From: an uncultured Chloroflexia bacterium | Lineage (GTDB): Bacteria; Chloroflexota; Limnocylindria; Limnocylindrales; CSP1-4 | Assembly (NCBI GenBank): GCA_963850045.1 | Contig: CAWKJL010000003.1 | Span: 965,288-1,029,287, forward strand | Reading direction: 5' to 3' | Length of the DNA stretch: 64,000 nt | Shown: piece after piece, positions 50,408 to 59,004 of the stretch | Position numbering within the stretch: the first letter of the stretch is position 1 | Layout of the letters: every line of letters starts with the position of its first letter | Made by a program: the position numbers and the translations under genes | The notes under the pieces: model-generated | What the model saw: only the letters and a program-made list of their open reading frames with translations | Databases searched by the model: none | Told to the model about the DNA's origin: nothing

Positions 50408-50559
50408 GGTGAGTCCTCCGGATGCGGATCGAGATCGATGGCCGCGCGGCGAGCATCCCTGCTGCCGACGACCCGTTCCGACACTGGCGGTGACCGATGT
50501 GAGGGTCCTGTGCGGCAGATGTGCGTTCGCTCATCTCCGTCAGCGCGGGCGGAGCGCCG

Positions 50560-51885
50560 ACGCCTCAGTCCGCGGCGTGGCCCGTCGCTCGCCCGCGGCA
50601 GCGAGACGAGGAACCGCGCACCGCCTCCGGGTGCGTCGTCCACCGCGATGGTCCCATCGTGCGCAGCGGCGATCCGTTGGGCGATCGCGAGCCCCAGTCC
50701 GGTCCCGCCCGCGCGGTCACGCCGGACGCCGGGCAGGCGGGTGAACGGTTCGAACACACGATCACGCTCGGCGACGCGGGATCCCCGGCCCTTCATCGAT
50801 CACCGTGAGCTCGACTCGGCGGTCCGATCGTCGGACCGCCACGCGGACCGTCGTCCCTGGCGGCGTGTGGTCGAGCGCGTTGTCGATGAGGATGAGGACG
50901 AGCTGGGTCAGCCGATCGCGATCGCCCGACACGGATGCCGATGTCCCGGGTTCGTCGCCGGACTCGAACCGCAGTTCGATCGCTGCGCATCGCGGCCAGG
51001 GCACCCGCCTGCCGGACGGCGTCCAGCGCGACCGCCCCGAGGTCGGTCGGGCGTCGGACGATGACGAGGCCCGCCGCCTCCGATGACGCGATCTGCAGGA
51101 GGTCGCCGACGAGGCGTGAGAGCCGGTCGGTCTCCGTCACGATGTCGGCGACGAGCACGTGGCCCACCGTCGTTGACGAGCCCTTCCCGTTCGAGGACCT
51201 CGGCGTTGGCGCGGATGATCGCCGGCGGCGTCTTGAGCTCGTGCGATGCGTCCGCGACGAACCGCCGCTGGGCGGCCATCGACCGCCGGATCGGAACGAG
51301 GGCACGACCGGTGACCAGCATCGTGACGACCGCCGCGCCGAACAGGCCGACGACACCGACCAGGGCGATCGCCGCGACCAGGCTGTTCGACTGCTGGTCG
51401 TGGAGCGTCATCACGAAGCCACCCTGGACGTATCCGATCGGCGGCTGGCCCGGCGCCGACACCACGGGCTCGGTCAACAGCCTGACCTCGACCCCGCCGA
51501 CGTCCACCGTCCGAAGGTCACGGCCGTTCGCGCCGGCCGCCGCGACGGCAGCCGGGTCGGGCAGGCCGGGGAGGTTGACTCGCGACGGGTTGGCGATCTC
51601 GTGGCCGGTCGCGTCGAGGTACAGGAGCAGCGTGTCGGCAGCGGCGGGCGATGCGTCGTCCGATTCGCCCGACGCTTCGCCACTGGGAAGCTCGCCGTCG
51701 AGTCGCGTGACCGCCGCATCGACCGTCGAGGCGAGCGCCCGATCCACGTCCAGGTCGAGCGCTCGAAGCCCGACGAAGGCCGTGGCGGCGCCGATCATCA
51801 CGATCAGCGTGGCGACCAGCGCGAGCGTGGTGACGAACAGGCGGCGCCGGGTCGCCCCGAGCAGCCGCGCGGTCGGTTCGGTCAT
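50560..51885 (-). pseudogene. Sensor histidine kinase (HisKA + HATPase_c) with three net +1 frame disruptions near 51190, 50998 and 50781. The 3' end is uncertain.
   Basis: Four consecutive ORF pieces read as one kinase. The pieces cover TM1, an extracytoplasmic loop and TM2, then the H-box RRFVADASHELKTPPAIIRANAEVL. Next come TETDRLSRLVGDLLQIAS, the N-box LTQLVLILIDNALDHTP, and TVIDEGPGIP. The last piece reads RVFEPFTRL...GGTGLGLAIAQRIAAAHDGTIAV...ARFLVSLP. The last frame has no nearby stop codon as the sequence stands. Confidence 0.75.
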
Positions 51886-51893
51886 CGGTGCGA

Positions 51894-52568
51894 TCAGGGC
51901 TCCGCGCGGAGGGTGTAGCCCACGCCGCGCACCGTCCGGAGCCAGTCCGCCCGCCCCAGGTCGCCGAGCTTGCGGCGAAGGTAGTGGACATACAGGTCGA
52001 CGACGTTCGAGTAGACGTCCGGCTCCGCTCCCCACACGGCATCGAGGATCTGCTGCCGCGTGAGGACCTGGCCGGCATGGCGGATGAAGAAGCCGAGCAG
52101 GGCGAACTCGCGCGCCGACAGGTCGACCGTCCGGTCACCGACCTGGGCGACGTGACGGAGCTCGTCGAGGCTCAGGTCGCCGGCCTGCAGCGGTCGCTCG
52201 GGCGGACTCGTCGATCGCCTGCCAAGGGCGTTGATCCTCGCGATGAGCTCAGCGAACGCGAACGGCTTCGGCAGGTAGTCGTCGGCGCCGGCCTCCAAGC
52301 CGGCGACCCGGTCCTCGATCGATCCCAACGCCGTCAGCATCAACACGGGCGTGGTCATGCCCGTCGCCCGCAGGAGGCCGAGCAGCGTCACCCCGTCGAT
52401 GTCCGGCAGCATCCGGTCGAGGACGACGACGTCGTACGGCCCCCGCTGGGCGAGGGCGACCGCGGTCACGCCGTCCGGGGCGACGTCGACGACGTGGCGC
52501 TCGGCCGTCAGGACCCGATGGATCAGGGCCGCCATCTTCGGCTCGTCTTCGACCAGCAGGATCCGCAT
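51894..52568 (-). CDS. OmpR/PhoB-family response regulator
   Basis: The receiver domain is MRILLVEDEPKMAALI...VVVLDRMLPDIDG...LMLTALG...DDYLPKPF. The winged-helix domain is LSAREFALLGFFIRHAG...VDLYVHYLRRKL...TVRGVGYTL. I place the start at ATG 52568. Confidence 0.9.
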   Translation of the reverse strand: MRILLVEDEPKMAALIHRVLTAERHVVDVAPDGVTAVALAQRGPYDVVVLDRMLPDIDGVTLLGLLRATGMTTPVLMLTALGSIEDRVAGLEAGADDYLPKPFAFAELIARINALGRRSTSPPERPLQAGDLSLDELRHVAQVGDRTVDLSAREFALLGFFIRHAGQVLTRQQILDAVWGAEPDVYSNVVDLYVHYLRRKLGDLGRADWLRTVRGVGYTLRAEP

Positions 52569-52645
52569 ATCCGGCATCCTGCGCCGCGCATGCGGGGGAG
52601 TCGAGGCCTTGCGGGCCTGTCTTTGAAGCTTCTCATCCGGGCCAC

Positions 52646-52984
52646 ATGGCCCACTCATCGCGCTGGCCGAGCCTGTCCTCATCACCCCCACCCGCGATGA
52701 GGTCCGTCCACATGGTCAGCAAGATCGCCCTGTTCGTCGCGTCACTCGCCGCCTCGCTCGCCCTCGCCGGGGCACTCGCATCGGCCGGTTTCGCGCCCGG
52801 GGCCACTCCTGCCACCGCCGCCTCGCCGACCGTCGCACCGACGACGCCCGATGTCGCGGCCGAGCCACGGGTCCAGGTCGACACCGTCTACGTCGCGCCG
52901 CCGGCGAAGCAGAAGACGATCACGGTCCACAAGGTCGTCAAGGCCGCCCGCGGGGAGTCGGACGGGGAAGGGGGCGGAGACTGA
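52646..52984 (+). CDS. Small secreted or membrane-anchored protein (hypothetical), first gene of the ApbE operon
   Basis: The signal/TM segment is VSKIALFVASLAASLALAGALASA. An Ala/Pro/Thr linker follows, then RVQVDTVYVAPPAKQKTITVHKVVK. The real start is probably an internal ATG (52697 or 52712). Its stop overlaps the next start (TGATG). Confidence 0.5.
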   Translation: MAHSSRWPSLSSSPPPAMRSVHMVSKIALFVASLAASLALAGALASAGFAPGATPATAASPTVAPTTPDVAAEPRVQVDTVYVAPPAKQKTITVHKVVKAARGESDGEGGGD

Positions 52985-53375
52985 TGCCCGGCATCCGGGA
53001 CGGGCGGCCGCCGCGAGGAGCCCCGCCCACGGCGGCGCAAGGAGCCGCGACGGTCCGCAAGCCATCGGCCACGACGCCCAAGGCCCGGCCCGACGCTCGT
53101 CCCCTGCGGATCGCGTTCGGGATGGGTGCCGTGGCCACGGCAAGTGCCCTGATCACCGCGTTCGCGGCACCGGGCGCGGGCACCGCGACCACCAGCGTGC
53201 AGACGACGGTGACCGAACCCGCGGCCCCGCGCCGTCGGTCACGCACGTCATCCAGTACGTCCAGCTCAAGCCGGGACAGACGGCGCCACCGAAGGCCGTG
53301 GTCAAGCAGGCGCCCGCGCTTCCCCCGAAGGTCGTCGTCGTCACCACCACCCGACAGTCGGGCGGGAAACCGTGA
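52984..53375 (+). pseudogene. Second small membrane-anchored protein, a distant paralog-like partner of the preceding gene. Frame disruption near 53225-53235.
   Basis: The TM helix is LRIAFGMGAVATASALITAFAAPGAG. The tail in the adjacent frame is VTHVIQYVQLKPGQTAPPKAVVKQAPALPPKVVVVTTTRQSGGKP-stop. It has the same layout as the upstream protein: TM helix, linker, then a short V/K/P-rich beta-like segment. Confidence 0.45.
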
Positions 53376-54399
53376 TCGCGACCGGGTTCGCGGATCCGGT
53401 CTCGCTCGTGGCCGGCGAACGGGCCGCATCGTGCAGACAGCGGCCCGCCTCGGTGTCGACGAGACGGTCCTCGTGTACGGCCGAGCGACCGATGCTCGGC
53501 GGTCTCGTCGGCATCCACCTCTACCCCGGTCGCCGCGGCCGCCACCGAGGTCCGGCCCGACGTGACGCGGACCGACTGCTCGACCGCATGGAGGTCTGGG
53601 CAGCGGCGTCTCACCCGCTTCTCCCCGACTTCCGACCTGGTCCGCCTGAATACCTGGCCTTCGATGCGCGCCCCGGTCCGTCCGACCCTTGCCGCCGTCA
53701 TGGACTGGGGACGAGAGGCCCAGGGACTCAGCGACGGCATCGTCGACATCGCCCTCCTCGACGCGCGCCTCGAGGCCGAGGGCATCGGATCGCCACCGAC
53801 GTCGTCCGCGCTCGCGAGCCCGGCGGCTCGCGCCGCTGGTCGATGGACCGAGGGCCGCGTCGGACGGACGTGCTCAGGCCGGTGGGCCTGACGTTCGACC
53901 TCGATGGCGTCGCCAAGGGCTGGCTTGGCCGATCGGGCCCTTCGGCGGCTGGCCGCCTACCCATCGGCCGTCGTCGATGCGGACGGCGACATCGCGATCA
54001 GGCTCGGGCCCGGCCGGCGGATGCGGTTCGGTGTGGCCGACCCGCGGACGACCGGGCGATGCTCGTCGAACTCGAGCTGTGCGGACCGACGAGCGGGGTC
54101 GCCGCGGCGTTCGGGCTCGCGACGTCCGGGACGTCGGTCCATCGATGGACGGTCGCAGGCGGCCGTCGCACCATCTCATCGATCCCCGGACGGGTCGTCC
54201 GGCCCGGACCGACCTGGTCCAGGCGACCATCCTGGCCGGTTCCGCGCGGGAGGCCGAGGCGATCGCCAAGACCGCCGTGATCATCGGTTCCGAGTCGGCC
54301 CTCGAGCGTCTGGATCGCCACGGGGTCCATGCGGCGATCCTCCTGACGGATCGGGGAGACGTTCTCGTGACCCCGTCCACGTTGGGCTGGCTGTCATGA
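53372..54399 (+). pseudogene. FAD:protein FMN transferase (ApbE family) with about five frame disruptions
   Basis: ApbE motifs are spread over three frames. They read PMLGGLVGIHLY; LLDRMEVWAAA / LTRFSPTSDLVRLN; VGLTFDLDGVAKGWL / ADRALRRLAAYPSAVVDADGDIAI; then DDRAMLVELEL...LATSGTSVHRW / HHLIDPRTGRPA...VQATILAGSAREAEAIAKTAVI. The GTG start overlaps the upstream stop (GTGA). Confidence 0.75.
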
Positions 54400-55176
54400 A
54401 GTTCCGGGGGTTCGACGCGCGGACGCAGGCGACCCGTTGGGGCCTGTTCGCCGTCGCCGTCGGCATCGTCATCGGCGCGACCGCGCCGACCGCCATCGCG
54501 GGGCTCGCTGGAGCGTGGGAGGCGAACCGGTCCAGCCTGCCATGGGTCTTCGAGCGGACCTTCGCGTTCCTTGCCTACGGCGCCGTCGCGGGCTCGGTGA
54601 TCTACGGTCTGCTCCTGTCGACGAAGGTCCTCGACGCGGTCGCCCATCGCCCGATCACCTTCGCCTTGCACCAGGACCTGGCCTCGTTCGGCGTCGGCCT
54701 CGCGGCCATCCACGGGATGCTCCTCGCGCTCGACAAGAGCGTCCCGTTCAGCCTCGCCGAGATCGCCGTCCCCGGTCTGGCTCCGTACGCGCCGATGTGG
54801 GTTGCGGCCGGCCAGGTCGCGTTCTACCTGATGGCCGCCGTCCTCGCGAGCTTCTACCTGCGGCGGCGACATCGGGCAACGCGCCTGGCGCCTCTTCCAC
54901 TATCTGACGTTCCTGGCCTTCATCGGGGCGACCGCCCACGGGCTGGGAGCGGGGACCGACAGCGCGTCGCCGTGGGCCTGGTGGCTCTACGTCGGGTCGT
55001 CGGTGGTCGTCCTGTTCCTGTTCGTCTACCGGATCACCAGCGCCGTCGTCGGTGGGTCATCGCGTCCTTCCCGCACAGCAGGGCCGATCCGGTCCGCTGT
55101 AGGCCCGATGGCCCCCCGGAACGGGCAGTCCGGCCGGGACGCACGGGGCGAGCCCTGCCATAGACTCGCTCGATGA
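54396..55176 (+). pseudogene. Ferric-reductase-like (FRD / MsrQ-like) di-heme transmembrane protein, net +1 frame disruption near 54866-54872
   Basis: It has 6 TM segments with two His pairs: FALHQDLASFGVGLAAIHGML, and, after the frame change, WRLFHYLTFLAFIGATAHGL. The ATG overlaps the ApbE stop codon (ATGA). The stop codon TGA at 55174-55176 overlaps an ATG at 55173. Confidence 0.7.
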
Positions 55177-55269
55177 GCGCCACATCGGCCCGGCGCCCCC
55201 GCGCACGCCACGACGGAACCACCGACGAGCTCGATCGACCGGACTGCGCGCCACCTCGTCGACCGCGCG

Positions 55270-57600
55270 ATGCTGCCGATGACCGTGGCAGGGCTCCTGG
55301 CCGGGATCGGGCTGACGTGGGCGGGGAATACCGACGCGGCTGATCTCGCCTGGACGATCCCTTCGGTCGTGGTCGCGGTGCGACTCGCATGGGCGATCGT
55401 GCGCGATCTCGCGCGCGGCGAGCTCGGCGTCGATCTCATCGCGATCCTGGCCATCGCCGGGGCACTCCTGCTCGGCGAGCCGTTCGCCGCGGCGGTCATC
55501 GCCGTCATGCTTGCGACCGGCGAGGCGTTGGAGCGCTACGCGCAGGGCCGCGCGCACCGCGAGCTGACCGCGCTGCTCGGACGGGCACCGCGGGACGTCC
55601 AGCGATATCACGATGGCCGGCTCGAGACGACCCCGATCGAGGCCGTCGTTCCCGGTGACCTGCTCGCGATCCGCCCTGGCGAAGTCGTGCCGGTCGACGG
55701 GATGGTCGTCGGGAGCCCGGCCGTCCTCGACGAATCCGCGCTCACCGGCGAGTCCCGCCTGGTGACCCGCGAGGAAGGCGACCTGGTCTCCTCAGGGACC
55801 GTCAACGCCGGGTCCTCGTTCGATCTTCGTGCCGCCGCCACGGCCGCCGAGAGCGCGTACGCCGGGATCGTCCGTCTCGTCGAGGAGGCACAGCACAGCA
55901 AGGCGCCGTTCGTCCGCCTCGCGGATCGCTACGCCCTCATCTTCGTCCCGTTCACGCTGGCCATCTCCGCGGCGGCCTGGCTGCTCTCCGGCGACCCCGT
56001 TCGCGGGCTGGCCGTGCTGGTCGTGGCGACCCCGTGCCCGCTCCTGCTCGCCGCGCCGATCGCGATCGTCGCCGGGATCTCCCGGGCGGCGCGCCGCGGC
56101 GTGATCGTCAAGGGCGGCGGGCCGCTCGAAACACTGGCGCGGGCTCGCGTCATCCTGTTCGACAAGACCGGGACACTGACCGCCGGCCGGCCAAGGCTGG
56201 CCGCGATCGACGTCGGTCCGGCCACGGAGCCCGGGGCCATCGACCAGGGTGAGGTCCTCCGGCTGGCGGCCTCGGTCGAGCAGCTGTCACCCCATGTGCT
56301 CGCCGGTTCGATCGTCCACGGAGCTCGCGACCGGGGCCTGGTCGTGTCGATGCCGGACGATGTCGTCGAGACGCCGGGGGCCGGCGTGGTCGGCACGGTC
56401 GACGGCCGGGAGGTCGCGGTCGGGACAGCGGAGTTCTGCGCCGGCGAGGGCGGGCTGCCCGGATGGGCACGCGACGTTCGTCGCCGGGCCGCGATCGATG
56501 GGTCGACCTGTGCCTTCGTCCGGATCGATGGGGCCGTTCGCGGCGCACTGGTGATGGACGACCCGCTCCGCCCCGAGACCCCACGAGCGATCCGCTCCCT
56601 GCGGCGGATCGGGTTCACCCGGATCGTGATGGTCACTGGCGACAACGCGTCGGTCGCCGATATCGTCGGATCGGCCATCGGCGTCGACGCGATCCTGGCC
56701 GATCGGGTGCCGTCCGAGAAGGTCGAGGCCGTCCGCGCCGAGCGGTCGGACGCCGCCGGGCCGATCGTGATGGTCGGCGATGGGCTCAACGACGCACCAG
56801 CCCTCGCACTCGCCGACGTTGGCGTGGCGATGGGGGCCCGCGGCGCGAGCGCGTCCTCCGAGGCAGCCGACATCGTCATCACCGTGGACCGGCTGGATCG
56901 CCTGACCGAGGCGGTCCAGATCGCGCGGCGGGCGCGCTCGATCGCCATCCAGAGCGTGGTCGTCGGGATGGGGCTGTCCATCGTGGCGATGGCGGCCGCC
57001 GCCCTCGGGCTGCTCCCGGTCGTCGCCGGAGCGATCCTCCAGGAGGCCATCGATGTCGTCGTGATCCTCAACGCGCTCCGCGCCCTGCGCGGCGGCGTGG
57101 AGGTGCCGGTCCAGATCCCCGGCTGGACCGAGACCAGCGCACGGCTGCGGGCTGCGCACCTCGAACTCGAACCATCCATCGCCCGGATCCGCGCGACGGC
57201 CGATGTCCTTGACAACCTGCCGCCGGCGGCCGCCCTGACTGCCGTCGAGGAGATCCGCCGGTTCGTGTCGGATGACCTCCTGCCGCACGAGGAGCTGGAG
57301 GATCGGACCATCTACCCGATGCTGGCCACGGCGATGGGCTCGGACGACGCGACCGCGTCCATGCACGGGACGCACCAGGAGATCTTCCGGCGCGCGCGAC
57401 TGCTCGATCGCCTGGTCCGGGACCTCCCGCCGGAGGGCCCGAGCGGCGGCGACCGGACGGATCTGCAGCGCCTCCTGTACGGCATGGAAGCGATCCTGCG
57501 CTTGCACCAGGCGCAGGAGGAGGACCTCTACCAGTCGATCGGCGACAGCGCCGCGCCGACCGAACGACCGACCTCCGCGGCGGCGCCAGCCCGCTCCTGA
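55270..57600 (+). CDS. P1B-5-type heavy-metal P-type ATPase with a C-terminal hemerythrin-like (HHE) domain
   Basis: Contains LTGES, the TM motif VATPCPLLLAAP (TPCP), DKTGTLT and GDGLNDAPAL. There is no N-terminal HMA domain. The C-terminal part has LLPHEELEDRTIYPML, SMHGTHQEIF and LRLHQAQEEDLY. The true start may be ATG 55173 (ATGA-coupled to the upstream gene), with one more +1 disruption before about 55340. Confidence 0.85.
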   Translation: MLPMTVAGLLAGIGLTWAGNTDAADLAWTIPSVVVAVRLAWAIVRDLARGELGVDLIAILAIAGALLLGEPFAAAVIAVMLATGEALERYAQGRAHRELTALLGRAPRDVQRYHDGRLETTPIEAVVPGDLLAIRPGEVVPVDGMVVGSPAVLDESALTGESRLVTREEGDLVSSGTVNAGSSFDLRAAATAAESAYAGIVRLVEEAQHSKAPFVRLADRYALIFVPFTLAISAAAWLLSGDPVRGLAVLVVATPCPLLLAAPIAIVAGISRAARRGVIVKGGGPLETLARARVILFDKTGTLTAGRPRLAAIDVGPATEPGAIDQGEVLRLAASVEQLSPHVLAGSIVHGARDRGLVVSMPDDVVETPGAGVVGTVDGREVAVGTAEFCAGEGGLPGWARDVRRRAAIDGSTCAFVRIDGAVRGALVMDDPLRPETPRAIRSLRRIGFTRIVMVTGDNASVADIVGSAIGVDAILADRVPSEKVEAVRAERSDAAGPIVMVGDGLNDAPALALADVGVAMGARGASASSEAADIVITVDRLDRLTEAVQIARRARSIAIQSVVVGMGLSIVAMAAAALGLLPVVAGAILQEAIDVVVILNALRALRGGVEVPVQIPGWTETSARLRAAHLELEPSIARIRATADVLDNLPPAAALTAVEEIRRFVSDDLLPHEELEDRTIYPMLATAMGSDDATASMHGTHQEIFRRARLLDRLVRDLPPEGPSGGDRTDLQRLLYGMEAILRLHQAQEEDLYQSIGDSAAPTERPTSAAAPARS

Positions 57601-57636
57601 GCCGAGCGCGAGATCACCCCACGCGAACAGGCCCGT

Positions 57637-58890
57637 TCACGTCGTCAGCCGGATCTCGCCGGTCGCCTGGTCGATGTGGATCGGCAGGGCGGTCAGCGGC
57701 TGGTCGGTCGGGCCCGCGATGGCCCGGGCGCCATGCTTCGGATCGAACGTCGCTCCGTGGCATGGGCAGATCAGCAGACTCGACGACGGGTCGTACTCGA
57801 CCTCGCAGCCGGCGTGCGTGCAGGTCAGGTCGTACGCGACGAGCTTGCCGCTCGGCAGCAGGAGCACGGCGCTCGGATCGCCGGTCGTCGGATCGGCGAA
57901 GCCAAGGGGGCGATCGCGTGTGACGTGGCTGACGCTGCCGATGACCGTGCCGGTCGGCGGCGCGGTCGCCGCTGCCGCCACGGGCTCGGAGCTCGCCCCG
58001 GCCGACGCAGCTGGGGTCGGTCGGGGTGTGGGCGACCCATTCGGCGCGTCCGACCCGCTCGACCCCGTCGACGCCAACCCGGGTCGTCGGTCGGTCGGAC
58101 CGCGGAAGATCGGCCCGAGCAGCCCGGCCGCCGACGCGAGGAGGATCGCGACGCCACCGAGGACACCGGCTTCGAGGACGGCTCGCCTCGTCACGTCCAC
58201 GTCCTGCTCGGGGACCGGCCGGCCCCGAGCGGTCGCGAGTCGGAGCCGCTCCATCTCGCGAGGCGTCCGTGCCGGTCCGGGCTCCGGGAGCCATGCGCTG
58301 ATCGTGAACATCCCACCGGTGCCGGCGAGGGCCAGGGTGATCCACCCGACGGCGTACGGCAGATCCGGCCCGTAGTAATAGGGCTTGACGGCCCAGGACG
58401 CCGTCAGCCAGAAGAGGATCGCCAGAAGCGCTCCGAGTGCCGCACTCGCCCTGAACAGGAGTCCGGTCAGGGTCCCCAGGCCGACGGCGATCTCGGCCAG
58501 GCTGATCCCGAGGCCGACCGCGACGGGGAACGGTTCGCCGAAGGCGACCACCAGCGGCCCGACCGGCGAGCTGTGGGCAAAGGCCACCATCTGCGCACCG
58601 ATGGACCCGGGACCACTCGCGTTGAGGAATGCCGGGTCGAGCAGCTTGTCGAGGCCGGCATACAGGAACGTCACCCCAAGGAAGATCCGCAGCGGGAGCA
58701 GGGCCACAGGCGAGATCCCGGTCAGTCGTCCTGTCTCCGCCCACCTCATCTCGAGCGGCCCGACGGTGGCTGGCGGCGTTCCCGGACGCGCGACGAAGTC
58801 GGGTCCACGGGGCGATGCCCGTCGTCGTGCGTTGCCGCGAGCGCTCATGGATCTCCTCGTTGGCGGAACCCGAGACTGGGCCGCCACCAT
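57637..58890 (-). CDS. DoxX/DoxD-like membrane domain fused to a C-terminal Rieske [2Fe-2S] domain
   Basis: The N-terminal part has 4 TM segments (LLPLRIFLGVTFLYAGLDKLLDP...). It is followed by a Tat-like/TM segment (TRRAVLEAGVLGGVAILLASAAG) and a Pro/Ser linker. The Rieske ligands are CTHAGC...CPCHGATFD. The start is uncertain. Confidence 0.8.
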   Translation of the reverse strand: MVAAQSRVPPTRRSMSARGNARRRASPRGPDFVARPGTPPATVGPLEMRWAETGRLTGISPVALLPLRIFLGVTFLYAGLDKLLDPAFLNASGPGSIGAQMVAFAHSSPVGPLVVAFGEPFPVAVGLGISLAEIAVGLGTLTGLLFRASAALGALLAILFWLTASWAVKPYYYGPDLPYAVGWITLALAGTGGMFTISAWLPEPGPARTPREMERLRLATARGRPVPEQDVDVTRRAVLEAGVLGGVAILLASAAGLLGPIFRGPTDRRPGLASTGSSGSDAPNGSPTPRPTPAASAGASSEPVAAAATAPPTGTVIGSVSHVTRDRPLGFADPTTGDPSAVLLLPSGKLVAYDLTCTHAGCEVEYDPSSSLLICPCHGATFDPKHGARAIAGPTDQPLTALPIHIDQATGEIRLTT

Positions 58891-59004
58891 GAGACCCAGA
58901 TGAATGAGAGGGGCGCGTCGACGGCTCCCGCGCGCCGATGCGGCTACGATCGGTCCAGAGGCGGCCCGGGACCGGGCCGGCCAGCGACATGAGGGTGTGT
59001 CGGC

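Noticed and set aside
53330-53375. The C-terminal TTTRQSGGKP of small protein 2 as an ApbE flavinylation site.
   Set aside because: Known sites follow D-x-x-[ST]-G-A-[ST], with the modified Thr/Ser after G-A. Here the sequence is S-G-G-K at the extreme C-terminus, with no FMN_bind fold context.
55173-55343. The 56-aa ORF starting at ATG 55173 as an independent small gene.
   Set aside because: It is Arg/Asp/Pro-rich with no signature, and it overlaps the ATPase start. It is better explained as the true ATPase N-terminus displaced by one more +1 disruption.
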